Source: Faecousia sp. (lineage in GTDB: Bacteria > Bacillota > Clostridia > Oscillospirales > Oscillospiraceae). Taken from it: a stretch of 64,000 bases of DNA. The notes beneath the pieces were generated by a model. The model saw only the letters and a program-made list of their open reading frames with translations, ran no database searches and was not told the origin of the DNA. The stretch is from positions 26,941-90,940 of the forward strand of contig JAZNIX010000036.1 in assembly GCA_045577715.1 (NCBI GenBank). Direction: 5' to 3'. A program made the position numbers and the translations under genes. Shown here piece by piece: positions 8,759 to 18,195 of this stretch (position 1 is the stretch's first letter; each line of letters starts with the position of its first letter).

Positions 8759-10951
8759 ATGGCAACACCGTCAAATTTAGTGATTGTAGAGTCGCCTTCC
8801 AAGGCTAAGACCATTGGAAAATATCTTGGGCCGGAGTATACCGTCAAGGCCAGCATGGGCCATCTGCGGGACTTGCCCAAGAGCACCATGGGCGTAGATT
8901 TGGAACACGACTTTACACCCAAGTATATTCCCGTAGCGGGAAAGGAAGCGCTGATTAAGGAGCTGAAAGAGGCTGCGGCCAATGCCGATACCATTTATCT
9001 GGCAACGGACCCTGACCGGGAGGGTGAGGCTATTTCCTGGCACTTAAAGGAGCTTTTGAATCTTCCGGACCGGAAAACCCATCGGGTTACCTTTAATGAA
9101 ATTACCCAAAAGGTAGTTAAGGAATCCATTGCTAACTCCCGGGAGATTGACTATGATTTGGTGGATGCCCAGCAGGCCCGCCGAATCTTAGACCGCATTG
9201 TGGGTTATCAGCTTTCGCCTTTGCTTTGGAAAAAGGTGCGTCGGGGCTTGTCTGCAGGACGGGTTCAGAGTGTCGCCACCAGATTGGTGGTGGACCGGGA
9301 AAATGAAATCCGCAGCTTTTTGCCCAAGGAGTATTGGTCCTTGGATGTGACACTGCAGAGAATCGGCAAGCCCGGCTCCTTTGTTGCCCATTATCACGGG
9401 GATGAGAAAAAACGGGAGCTTCAAAATGAGGCCCAGGTGCAGACGATAATTGAGGATATTACCGGCAAGGTGTTTACGGTTTCCAATGTAAAGAAAGCGG
9501 AAAAGAAGCGGTCTGCCGCACCTCCCTTTACCACCTCTACTTTGCAGCAGGAGGCCTCCCGGAAGCTGAATATGACACCCAAGCGCACCATGGCCATTGC
9601 TCAGCAGCTTTATGAGGGCGTGGATGTGGCCGGAGAGGGCACTTTGGGCTTGATTACCTATATGCGTACCGACTCTTTGCGCCTTTCTGATGAGGCCATG
9701 GCATCCGCGGCAGAGTTTATCCGCCACCGCTATGGAGATGCCTATTATTACGGCAAGCCCCATGTGTTTAAGACCAAGTCCGGCGCACAGGATGCTCACG
9801 AAGCCATCCGGCCCACGCATGTGGAGCTGGACCCGGAGAAAATTCAAAGCAGTCTGACCAAGGAACAGTATAAGCTGTATAAGCTGATTTGGAGCCGTTT
9901 TCTGGCCTCCCAGATGGCAAATGCAGTGTATGATACCGTTTCCATTGATGCCGAATGTGCAGGCCATTTGTTCCGCGCCAGCCACCAGAGCATGAAATTT
10001 ACCGGCTTTATTGCAGTCTATGAAGAGGGCCGGGATGACGAGGCAGAAGCGGTGGGAACGCCGTTGCCGGATTTGAAGGTGGGCGAGCAAGCGGAAATTT
10101 CCAATATTGAAAAGGAACAGCATTTCACCCAGCCTCCTGCCCGTTACACCGAGGCAACCCTAGTCAAGGCCATGGAAGAAAAGGGGGTAGGCCGTCCGTC
10201 TACCTATGCCGCTACGGTGTCCATTATCCAAGACCGGGAATATGTGGTGAAAAACGATAAACGGCTTTCTCCCACAGCTTTGGGAGAAGTGGTCAACGGA
10301 CTGATGATGGAGCGGTTTAACGACATCATCGACGTGGAATTTACCGCCGCCATGGAAAACCAGTTGGATGCGGTGGAAGAAGGAAAGCGAAACTGGAAAG
10401 AGGTTTTGTCCGATTTTTATCAGGGCTTCCATCAGGAAATGCTGGCCGCAGAAAGCGCCTTGGAGGGCACGCGGCTCAAGGTGCCGGAGGAAGAAACGGA
10501 AGAAATCTGCGAAGTGTGCGGAAAAAATATGGTCATCAAGGTGGGCCGCTTTGGGAAATTCCTGGCTTGCCCCGGTTGGCCGGAATGTAAAAATACCAAG
10601 CCGCTGGTAGAACGGATGCCCGGCCGCTGTCCCAAGTGCGGAAGCGGTTTATTGAAACGAAAGTCCAAGCGGGGCTATGCCTACTATGCCTGTGAAAAGG
10701 GTACGGAATGTGGCTTTATGAGCTGGGATGTGCCTACAGACTTGGATTGTCCGGAATGCGGGCAAACCCTGTTCAAAAAATCCGGCAGAGGCCGAATGAA
10801 GCCCTTCTGCATTAACGAAAATTGCAGTCATTTCCTGCCGGAGGAGAAACGGGGATATTATAAAAAATCTCCCGGCGGCGAAGAGGAGACATCTGGAAAG
10901 AAAACGACCTCAAAGAAGTCTCCCGGAAAGAAAAAGGTGACTAAGAAATGA
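8759..10951 (+). CDS. topA: DNA topoisomerase I
   Basis: IVESPSKAKTI, ATDPDREGE, SAGRVQS, active-site ITYMRTD, C-terminal C4 zinc ribbons. Confidence 0.97.
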   Translation: MATPSNLVIVESPSKAKTIGKYLGPEYTVKASMGHLRDLPKSTMGVDLEHDFTPKYIPVAGKEALIKELKEAAANADTIYLATDPDREGEAISWHLKELLNLPDRKTHRVTFNEITQKVVKESIANSREIDYDLVDAQQARRILDRIVGYQLSPLLWKKVRRGLSAGRVQSVATRLVVDRENEIRSFLPKEYWSLDVTLQRIGKPGSFVAHYHGDEKKRELQNEAQVQTIIEDITGKVFTVSNVKKAEKKRSAAPPFTTSTLQQEASRKLNMTPKRTMAIAQQLYEGVDVAGEGTLGLITYMRTDSLRLSDEAMASAAEFIRHRYGDAYYYGKPHVFKTKSGAQDAHEAIRPTHVELDPEKIQSSLTKEQYKLYKLIWSRFLASQMANAVYDTVSIDAECAGHLFRASHQSMKFTGFIAVYEEGRDDEAEAVGTPLPDLKVGEQAEISNIEKEQHFTQPPARYTEATLVKAMEEKGVGRPSTYAATVSIIQDREYVVKNDKRLSPTALGEVVNGLMMERFNDIIDVEFTAAMENQLDAVEEGKRNWKEVLSDFYQGFHQEMLAAESALEGTRLKVPEEETEEICEVCGKNMVIKVGRFGKFLACPGWPECKNTKPLVERMPGRCPKCGSGLLKRKSKRGYAYYACEKGTECGFMSWDVPTDLDCPECGQTLFKKSGRGRMKPFCINENCSHFLPEEKRGYYKKSPGGEEETSGKKTTSKKSPGKKKVTKK

Positions 10952-12252
10952 CGGCAGTAAAAGTCATTGGTGCCGGTCTTGCCGGTTCAGAGGCGGCTTG
11001 GCAGCTTGCCCAGCGGGGAATTTCGGTGGAGCTGATAGAAATGAAGCCCCAAAAGAAAACCCCGGCCCATCACAGTGATTATTTTGGGGAATTGGTTTGC
11101 TCCAATTCTCTCCGGGGCGACCGGCTGGAAAATGCTGTAGGCCTTTTGAAGGAAGAATTGCGCCGGTGCGGCAGCTTGATTTTGGATTGTGCCGAGGAGA
11201 CACGGGTAGAGGCAGGCGGTTGTCTGGCGGTGGACCGGGTGGGCTTTGCCCAAAAAGTCACAGAGCGCTTGCAGAACCATCCCAACATCACTATAATCTG
11301 CCGGGAAATTACAAAAGTGCCCGAAGGGCCGGTGATTATTGCCACAGGCCCTCTGACCTCGGATGAACTTTCTAAGGCCATTGGGGCATATTTTGGCAGC
11401 GATTATCTGCATTTTTTTGATGCGGCAGCTCCCTTGGTCACAGCAGAATCTATCGATATGAGTTTGGCCTGGTGGCAGAGCCGCTATGACCGGGGAACGC
11501 CGGATTACATTAACTGCGCCATGAACAAAGAGGAATATGAAGCCTTTGTCCGGGAGCTGATTGCCGCCCAGGAGGCGGAGGTTCACGGCTTTGAGGATAA
11601 GAATGTCTTTGAAGGCTGTATGCCGGTGGAGGTTATGGCCCGCCGGGGCCTGGAAACCCTGCGCTACGGTCCGTTAAAACCTGTGGGACTAACTGACCCC
11701 AGAACCGGAAAAGAGCCCTATGCGGTGGTGCAGCTCCGGCAGGACAATGCGGAAAAGACAGTGTTTAATCTGGTAGGATTCCAGACCCATTTGAAATTCG
11801 GTGAACAAAAACGGGTATTTTCCATGATACCGGCGCTGAAAAACGCGGAATTTGTCCGTTATGGAGTTATGCACCGCAATACCTTCCTCCAAAGTCCCAA
11901 GCTGTTGGACCGGTATTATGCCGACCGCAAGAATCCCTTGGTGGCCTTTGCCGGGCAGATGACCGGCGTAGAGGGCTATGTGGAGAGTGCGGCTTCCGGC
12001 TATTTGGCGGCAGTGGCCATGGCGGCAAAGGTGCAGGGCAAAGCGTTGCCGGATTTTCCGAAAACTACCGCCATCGGTGCATTGGGCCTGCATATTAGCG
12101 ACGGTACTGTGGAAAATTTTCAGCCCATGAACATTAACTTTAGCATCATTGCTCCTCTGGAGCAGAGGATTCGTAAGAAAGCCGAAAAAAATCTGGCCAT
12201 TGCCCAGCGGTCACTGGAAGTAATCGACAGCTTGGTGGCCAAAGGAATATAG
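10948..12252 (+). CDS. trmFO: Methylenetetrahydrofolate-tRNA-(uracil-5)-methyltransferase TrmFO
   Basis: GAGLAGSEAA, ELVCSNS, FEGCMP and GQMTGVEGY motifs; topA-trmFO synteny. Confidence 0.96.
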   Translation: MTAVKVIGAGLAGSEAAWQLAQRGISVELIEMKPQKKTPAHHSDYFGELVCSNSLRGDRLENAVGLLKEELRRCGSLILDCAEETRVEAGGCLAVDRVGFAQKVTERLQNHPNITIICREITKVPEGPVIIATGPLTSDELSKAIGAYFGSDYLHFFDAAAPLVTAESIDMSLAWWQSRYDRGTPDYINCAMNKEEYEAFVRELIAAQEAEVHGFEDKNVFEGCMPVEVMARRGLETLRYGPLKPVGLTDPRTGKEPYAVVQLRQDNAEKTVFNLVGFQTHLKFGEQKRVFSMIPALKNAEFVRYGVMHRNTFLQSPKLLDRYYADRKNPLVAFAGQMTGVEGYVESAASGYLAAVAMAAKVQGKALPDFPKTTAIGALGLHISDGTVENFQPMNINFSIIAPLEQRIRKKAEKNLAIAQRSLEVIDSLVAKGI

Positions 12253-12269
12253 AAAGAAGAGGTGCGTCT

Positions 12270-13307
12270 ATGAAAGTTATTCTGGATGCAATGGGTGGTG
12301 ACCACGCGCCGGAAGCGCCGGTGCTGGGTGCGATCCAAGCCGCGAAAATCTATGGAACAAAAGTTACTTTGGTGGGCCGCGGAGAGGAGATTCTGGACGT
12401 TCTGCGGAAAGCAGGCGTTGAGGACCTACCCGACGGCATCGAAATTGCCAATGCCGATGATGTGGTGGATATGCACGATGACCCTGCCAGCGTAATCCAC
12501 AAGCGGAAAAATTCCTCTATGGTCATTGGTTTGAAGATGCTAGCTGAGGGACAGGGAGATGCCTTTGTGTCTGCCGGCTCCACCGGCGCATTGCTGACCG
12601 GTGCGACCCTGATTGTCAAGCGGGTCAAGGGAATTCGCCGTGCGGCCATGGGCCCTGCTATGCCCAATAAAACCGGGGGCAAGACGGTGATGCTGGACTG
12701 CGGTGCCAATGCCGAGTGTACGCCGGAATTTTTGCTTCAGTTCGGCTTGATGGGCGCATTACATGCAAAGAAAAGCTACGGCATTGAAAACCCCAAGGTG
12801 GGACTGCTGAACATCGGCACGGAGGATTCCAAGGGAACGGCTATGCATAAGCAGGCCTATTGCCTGCTGAAAGAGGCCGGAGACCAAGGTCTTATCAACT
12901 TCGTGGGTAATGTAGAGGCCAGAGATGTACCCTTGGGCGCTGTGGATGTGGTGGTCTGTGACGGCTTTTCCGGCAATGTGCTGTTAAAGACCATTGAGGG
13001 CACGGCCATGTTCATGGGTAGTTTAATGTCCAAAATGTTTAAGAAGAATATCTTTAGCAAGCTGGCGGCGCTGTTGGTGATGAAGGATATTAAGGCGTTC
13101 AAAAAGCTGCTGGACTACCGGGAAATCGGTGGTACAGAGTTTTTGGGAATCCGAAAAACGGTGATTAAGGCCCACGGCGCTTCCGATGCAGTTGCATTTT
13201 GCAACGCAGTACATCAGGCACAGCAGGCGGCTATGCAGGATAGCTCCGCAGAATTGGAGTGGGGGCTGGCCAGACTGGCGGAACTGAAGGAGACCGAACA
13301 TGATTAA
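12270..13307 (+). CDS. plsX: Phosphate acyltransferase PlsX
   Basis: DAMGGDHAP, SAGSTGA, DCGANA, LNIGTEDSKG and DGFSGNVLLKT. Confidence 0.95.
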   Translation: MKVILDAMGGDHAPEAPVLGAIQAAKIYGTKVTLVGRGEEILDVLRKAGVEDLPDGIEIANADDVVDMHDDPASVIHKRKNSSMVIGLKMLAEGQGDAFVSAGSTGALLTGATLIVKRVKGIRRAAMGPAMPNKTGGKTVMLDCGANAECTPEFLLQFGLMGALHAKKSYGIENPKVGLLNIGTEDSKGTAMHKQAYCLLKEAGDQGLINFVGNVEARDVPLGAVDVVVCDGFSGNVLLKTIEGTAMFMGSLMSKMFKKNIFSKLAALLVMKDIKAFKKLLDYREIGGTEFLGIRKTVIKAHGASDAVAFCNAVHQAQQAAMQDSSAELEWGLARLAELKETEHD

Positions 13308-13983
13308 GGAACTGGAAACCGCCATTGGCTATCGGTTTCAAAATATTACATTCCTGCAAAATGCCCTGACCCATTCCTCCTATGCCAACGAGCGTTGGCA
13401 CAACAGTCTGAAAAGCAATGAACGGCTGGAATTTTTGGGGGACAGCATTTTGGGCATGCTGGTGGCAGAGTATCTGTATCGGAATTTTCCAGACCGGCCC
13501 GAGGGGGAGCTTACCCGTATGCGGGCAGATATGGTCTGCGAAAAGGCCTTGGCAGTGGTGGCAAATCAAATCGGACTGGGAGCCCATCTTCTCCTGGGAA
13601 AGGGAGAGGAGCACGGCGGCGGCCGGAATCGGGAGTCGATTCTGGCAGATGCAGTGGAGTCCGTCATTGCGGCCTGTTATCTGGATGGGGGCATGGCGGC
13701 GGCTTCCAAATTTGTAAATACCTTTGTGCTGACCCGGGTCCCTGTGACCAAGCTGAATAATGCGGACTATAAGACCATGCTCCAGGAAATGGTTCAGCAA
13801 AAGCGCAACCAAGTGCTTTCCTATGCCCTGGTGGGAGAGACCGGTCCGGATCACGACAAACGCTTTCTGGTGGAGTTGACCCTCAACGGCACCGTGGTAG
13901 GCCGGGGTGAGGGGACCAGCAAAAAGCGGGCAGAGCAGGATGCTGCCCGGGTAGCCATGGAAGCGCTTTTTCCGAATGAATAA
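13300..13983 (+). CDS. rnc: Ribonuclease III
   Basis: Signature NERLEFLGDS plus C-terminal dsRBD. Confidence 0.97.
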   Translation: MIKELETAIGYRFQNITFLQNALTHSSYANERWHNSLKSNERLEFLGDSILGMLVAEYLYRNFPDRPEGELTRMRADMVCEKALAVVANQIGLGAHLLLGKGEEHGGGRNRESILADAVESVIAACYLDGGMAAASKFVNTFVLTRVPVTKLNNADYKTMLQEMVQQKRNQVLSYALVGETGPDHDKRFLVELTLNGTVVGRGEGTSKKRAEQDAARVAMEALFPNE

Positions 13984-14036
13984 TAACACCTATGCAGTGG
14001 CCCACCGATAGATAAGGCGCAGAGGAGGAAGCAGGC

Positions 14037-14582
14037 TTGCATTACGCGACCATTAAAAACTGTGATATTGCCAATGGCCCCGGCGTTCGGGTCAGCCTGT
14101 TTGTATCCGGCTGCACCCATCGGTGTAAGGGCTGTTTTAATGAAGTGGCTTGGGATTTTGACTACGGTGAGCCTTTTACCCAAGCTACGGTGGATACCAT
14201 TTTGGATATGCTGAAACCTACCCATATCCGTGGCTTGACACTTCTGGGAGGAGAACCCTTTGAACCCCAAAATCAGCCTGCCCTTGTGGATTTGTTGCGG
14301 CAGGTAAAGGAAAAATATCCGCAAAAAAGCGTGTGGGCCTTTTCCGGATACCTGTTTGACAAAGATATGCTTGCCGGTCGGTTGGGGCCTTGGGAAATCA
14401 CCAAGGAATTTTTAAGTTATTTGGACGTTTTGGTGGACGGACCCTTTGTGGAATCCAAGAAAAATCTTTCCTTGCGATTCCGGGGCTCGGAAAATCAGCG
14501 CTTGATTGACGTCCCTGCGTCTTTGGCCAGGGGAGAGATTGTGCTCTGGCAGGATTGGCAGGGCGAAAGAAAGGGGTTATAA
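14037..14582 (+). CDS. nrdG: Anaerobic ribonucleotide reductase activating protein
   Basis: DIANGPGVRVSLFVSGC-x3-C-x2-C radical-SAM motif, LLGGEP and FRGSENQ. Confidence 0.93.
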   Translation: MHYATIKNCDIANGPGVRVSLFVSGCTHRCKGCFNEVAWDFDYGEPFTQATVDTILDMLKPTHIRGLTLLGGEPFEPQNQPALVDLLRQVKEKYPQKSVWAFSGYLFDKDMLAGRLGPWEITKEFLSYLDVLVDGPFVESKKNLSLRFRGSENQRLIDVPASLARGEIVLWQDWQGERKGL

Positions 14583-14584
14583 GG

Positions 14585-15022
14585 ATGCAACCCATTGCAG
14601 TAAAAAAACTGTCACCGAAGGCAATTTTGCCCACCTACGGCAGCCCCGAGGCCGCCGGTGCAGACCTGTATGCCTGCCTGGAGGAAAGTGTGACCATTGC
14701 CCCGGGAGAAACTGCCTGGATTCCCACAGGCCTGGCTTTGGAGGTTCCCAAGGGCTGTGCAGGACTGATTTATGCCCGCAGTAGTTTGGGCGTAAAACGG
14801 GGGCTTGCCCCGGCGAACAAGGTGGGAGTGATTGACAGCGATTACCGGGGAGAAATCCGGGTGGTGCTCTTAAACCACGGAAAAACCAGCCAGACCGTGG
14901 AGCATGGAGAGCGGATTGCCCAAATGATTATTACACCTGTGCTGACCCCAGCTTATCAGCAGGTGGAGGAGCTGTCTGATACCAGCCGGGGCACCGGCGG
15001 CTTCGGCTCTACGGGAAAATAA
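14585..15022 (+). CDS. dut: dUTP diphosphatase
   Basis: AGADL, RSSLG, GVIDSDYRGE, RIAQ and RGTGGFGSTG motifs. Confidence 0.96.
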   Translation: MQPIAVKKLSPKAILPTYGSPEAAGADLYACLEESVTIAPGETAWIPTGLALEVPKGCAGLIYARSSLGVKRGLAPANKVGVIDSDYRGEIRVVLLNHGKTSQTVEHGERIAQMIITPVLTPAYQQVEELSDTSRGTGGFGSTGK

Positions 15023-15088
15023 GTGAAAGCCCCTCTTGTATGTTAAACGGAAGCCGAACAGTTTGACATATTTGAATTTGACGGAGAG

Positions 15089-15568
15089 GTGATTTATATA
15101 ACTGAAAACAGTGTTTGGAGGAAAGCTCAGGCAGTGGAACTAAAAATCTCTGAAAACATCTTGCCCGAATTTAATATTGGTTTCGACAAGAGAATCCCAA
15201 TAGAAGTTGAACGGGAACTTCGTTCTTTTGTAACTTGGGTGGAAACCAACTATCGTATTCCTATTACTTTGTGGGTTGATTTTGAATATAATCACTATCT
15301 GATTAGTCGGAACGGTGAACGAGTTGGGTATTTGTTTTATTGGGCAGATTTTTCCCCCTATCCTGTTTTTGATAATGCACAGGATATTCCTGAAATACGC
15401 CTACCCGTACGAACAGAACATAGTACTATAGAAGAGATACTGACTTCTTTTATTGAGGCAATCACTGATTACTATGCGTGGATTTGCAATGAGATGTATG
15501 AAGGATATACAACTAACGAAGATGATGTAGAAGAAATCTTGCAAGCTTATCTTCGTTCTCGTAGTTAG
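15089..15568 (+). CDS. Hypothetical protein, AT-rich (likely acquired cassette)
   Basis: 159 aa ORF with RBS (ggagag) before GTG. Visibly more AT-rich than the flanking genes. No recognisable motif. Confidence 0.65.
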   Translation: MIYITENSVWRKAQAVELKISENILPEFNIGFDKRIPIEVERELRSFVTWVETNYRIPITLWVDFEYNHYLISRNGERVGYLFYWADFSPYPVFDNAQDIPEIRLPVRTEHSTIEEILTSFIEAITDYYAWICNEMYEGYTTNEDDVEEILQAYLRSRS

Positions 15569-15653
15569 TAAACAGTTAGACAAATTCCAATTTAACGAAC
15601 AGATAAAGGGCGCACTTCTATACACCGTTCGGTGCAGTGCGTAATGTGCGGAG

Positions 15654-15679
15654 TTTGGCTCTCCCAGAGGGAGAGCCAA
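15654..15679. repeat. Short palindromic REP-like hairpin (ttggctctccc-aga-gggagagccaa)
   Basis: Perfect inverted repeat, resembling the hairpins of the element at 40504-40605. Confidence 0.45.
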
Positions 15680-15834
15680 GGCTGTTTGCAATCGAATGTA
15701 TGGACATAAGAAACGGAGCATATCGGCATCGATATGCTCCGTTAACTGTTTTACAGACACCCGCCTAAAACGGAGGGCATTTTGCACAAACAAAAAACGC
15801 CACCGATTCGGTGGCGTTATTGATGGCAGGGAAA

Positions 15835-16023
15835 TTAGATGGCCCGCTCAACCTTGTTGGAACGGAGGCATCTGGTACAAGCGTACACATGGCACGCAGT
15901 TCCGTTGACAACCGCCTTCACCCGCTTAACATTGGGCTTCCAGGTACGGTTGGAGCGTCTGTGGGAGTGGGAAACCTTAATGCCGAATGTTACACCCTTG
16001 CCACAAAAATCACACTTAGCCAT
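15835..16023 (-). CDS. rpmB: 50S ribosomal protein L28
   Basis: MAKCDFCGK...SHSHRRSNRTWKPNV...CTRCLRS. Confidence 0.97.
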   Translation of the reverse strand: MAKCDFCGKGVTFGIKVSHSHRRSNRTWKPNVKRVKAVVNGTACHVYACTRCLRSNKVERAI

Positions 16024-16212
16024 TCACTGCACCTCCTATCCGCATAATAAATCGTCAAAATACCGCCTGAATACAGGCGCTTACATATGATACCAAAGAT
16101 TGACGAAAATTGCAAGTATTTTTTTAAGAAAATTTCCTTTTTTGAAAATTATGTTGATATTCTGCCTGTGTATAGGTATAATATTCCCAAAGATTTGAAG
16201 GGAGTGTGTGCC

Positions 16213-17160
16213 GTGGTAGATACATACAGCGTTCCCCTGACGAGATTGGTGGAGGAATTTCATTTGGAGGTGGCCTTTGCCGCTACGGATTATGAATCCA
16301 TTCGCTTGACGGTGGAGGACGTGGCAAGACCCGGTCTGCAACTGGCGGGGTATTACGACCATTTTGAGCCTATGCGTCTGCAGGTGCTGGGCAATGTGGA
16401 AATGAGCTACCTGGCAAAGCTGACACCGGCAGAGCGGTCTATTATTTTTGACCGACTGCTGTCATATAAATTCCCGGCTATGCTCATTGCCCGGAATATG
16501 CCGCCGGACCCCCAATGTCTGGAAATGGCAAAGAAGCACAATGTAACGGTGCTTCGGGCCAAGGAGGCTACCAGTACGGTGGTTTCTTCCATCATTTCCT
16601 ATTTGCGGGCGGCATTGGCACCCCGCATTACCCGGCATGGGGTTTTGGTGGAGGTTTACGGTGAAGGACTGTTGCTGATTGGCGACAGCGGCATCGGCAA
16701 AAGCGAGGCGGCGGTAGAGCTGCTGAAGCGGGGCCATCGGCTGATTGCAGATGATGCTGTGGAAATCCGGAAAATTTCCGAAGGCTCTTTGATTGGCACC
16801 GTGCCGGATTTGATTCGCAATTACATCGAACTGCGGGGCATTGGCATTATCAACGTGGCTCAGCTGTTTGGTATGGGCGCGGTAAAGGCGGAAAATGAGA
16901 TCAATCTGGTGGTGAATATCGTTCCCTGGAACACCAAAGAGGTCTACGACCGGCTGGGGCTGGAGGATCAATATATGGAAATTCTGGGTGTCCAGGTGCC
17001 CATGATCACCATTCCCATTACCCCGGGCCGAAATCTGGCAGTGATTCTGGAGGTGGCGGCCATGAATAACCGGCAACGGAAAATGGGCTATAATGCCGCC
17101 GCGGAGTTTACCGAGAAAATCAACCGACACTTCGATGAGAGCATGGGGCAACAGGAATGA
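16213..17160 (+). CDS. hprK: HPr kinase/phosphorylase
   Basis: RPGLQLAG, Walker A GDSGIGKSE, LIADD, ELRGIGII and PGRN motifs. Confidence 0.96.
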   Translation: MVDTYSVPLTRLVEEFHLEVAFAATDYESIRLTVEDVARPGLQLAGYYDHFEPMRLQVLGNVEMSYLAKLTPAERSIIFDRLLSYKFPAMLIARNMPPDPQCLEMAKKHNVTVLRAKEATSTVVSSIISYLRAALAPRITRHGVLVEVYGEGLLLIGDSGIGKSEAAVELLKRGHRLIADDAVEIRKISEGSLIGTVPDLIRNYIELRGIGIINVAQLFGMGAVKAENEINLVVNIVPWNTKEVYDRLGLEDQYMEILGVQVPMITIPITPGRNLAVILEVAAMNNRQRKMGYNAAAEFTEKINRHFDESMGQQE

Positions 17161-18122
17161 AAGAATTTACCATCGGCCCCAACGATGCCGGTCAGCGGCT
17201 GGACCGTTTTCTTGCCAAGGCGGTGCCGTTATTGCCGGCATCCCTTGCCCAGAAGTACATCCGTCTAAAACGCATTAAGCTGGCCGGCGCCAGAGTACAG
17301 CGGGATACCCGGTTGCAGGCGGGGGATGTATTACAGCTTTATATCAATGACGAGTTTTTTGATAAGCCCCGGGAGGACAATGCCTATTTGACGGTGGCAA
17401 CCCCAAAGCTGAACATCGTCTATGAGGATGACCAAATTCTTTTGGTGGACAAGCGGCCGGGCTTGGCGGTACATCCCCATGACGGCGCAGAATACGGAAG
17501 AACGTTAATTGACCACATTCAGGCTTATCTTTACCAAAAGCGGGAATGGAATCCCCGGGGAGAAAATGCGTTCACACCGGCGCTGTGCAACCGGATTGAC
17601 CGAAATACCGGCGGTATTGTCATTGCGGCGAAAACTGCCGAGGCCTTGCGGATTATGAATCAAAAAATCAAGGACCGGGAGTTGGATAAGCGATATCTGG
17701 CCATTGTGGAGGGCGTACCGAAGCCGAAAGAGGGTAGTCTGAAGGGATATCTGTTTAAGGATGCCAAAAAGAACCGGGTGTTTGTCACCGATACACCCCA
17801 GTCGGGCGCAAAATCCTGCCAAACCAATTATAGGGTCCTTGCATCGGCCAGGGGGCTTTCTTTGGTGGAATGCCAGCTGATTACTGGCAGAACCCACCAA
17901 ATTCGGGCCCAGTTTGCCCACGCGGGACATCCTCTTTTGGGAGATGGGAAATACGGAAAGCTGGATAAGCGGTTTGACCGGAATTATCAGGCTCTGTATT
18001 CCTATAAGCTGACCTTTGCCTTTACCACAGAGGCCGGGGCGCTGGAAGGCTTAAATGGGAAAAGCTTTCAAGCGGAGCAGGTGGAATTTGTCAAGGAGTA
18101 TTTCCCGGAAGTGAAAATTTGA
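17157..18122 (+). CDS. RluA/RluC-family pseudouridine synthase with S4 domain
   Basis: S4 domain (QRLDRFL), NRIDRNTGG catalytic motif, TGRTHQIR and GDGKYG. Confidence 0.92.
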   Translation: MKEFTIGPNDAGQRLDRFLAKAVPLLPASLAQKYIRLKRIKLAGARVQRDTRLQAGDVLQLYINDEFFDKPREDNAYLTVATPKLNIVYEDDQILLVDKRPGLAVHPHDGAEYGRTLIDHIQAYLYQKREWNPRGENAFTPALCNRIDRNTGGIVIAAKTAEALRIMNQKIKDRELDKRYLAIVEGVPKPKEGSLKGYLFKDAKKNRVFVTDTPQSGAKSCQTNYRVLASARGLSLVECQLITGRTHQIRAQFAHAGHPLLGDGKYGKLDKRFDRNYQALYSYKLTFAFTTEAGALEGLNGKSFQAEQVEFVKEYFPEVKI

Positions 18123-18195
18123 TAACATGACGGAAATTGCCCCGAGGCCTTTGCCTCGGGGCAATGTTGGTATATCAAGAAAGATAAACGACAAT

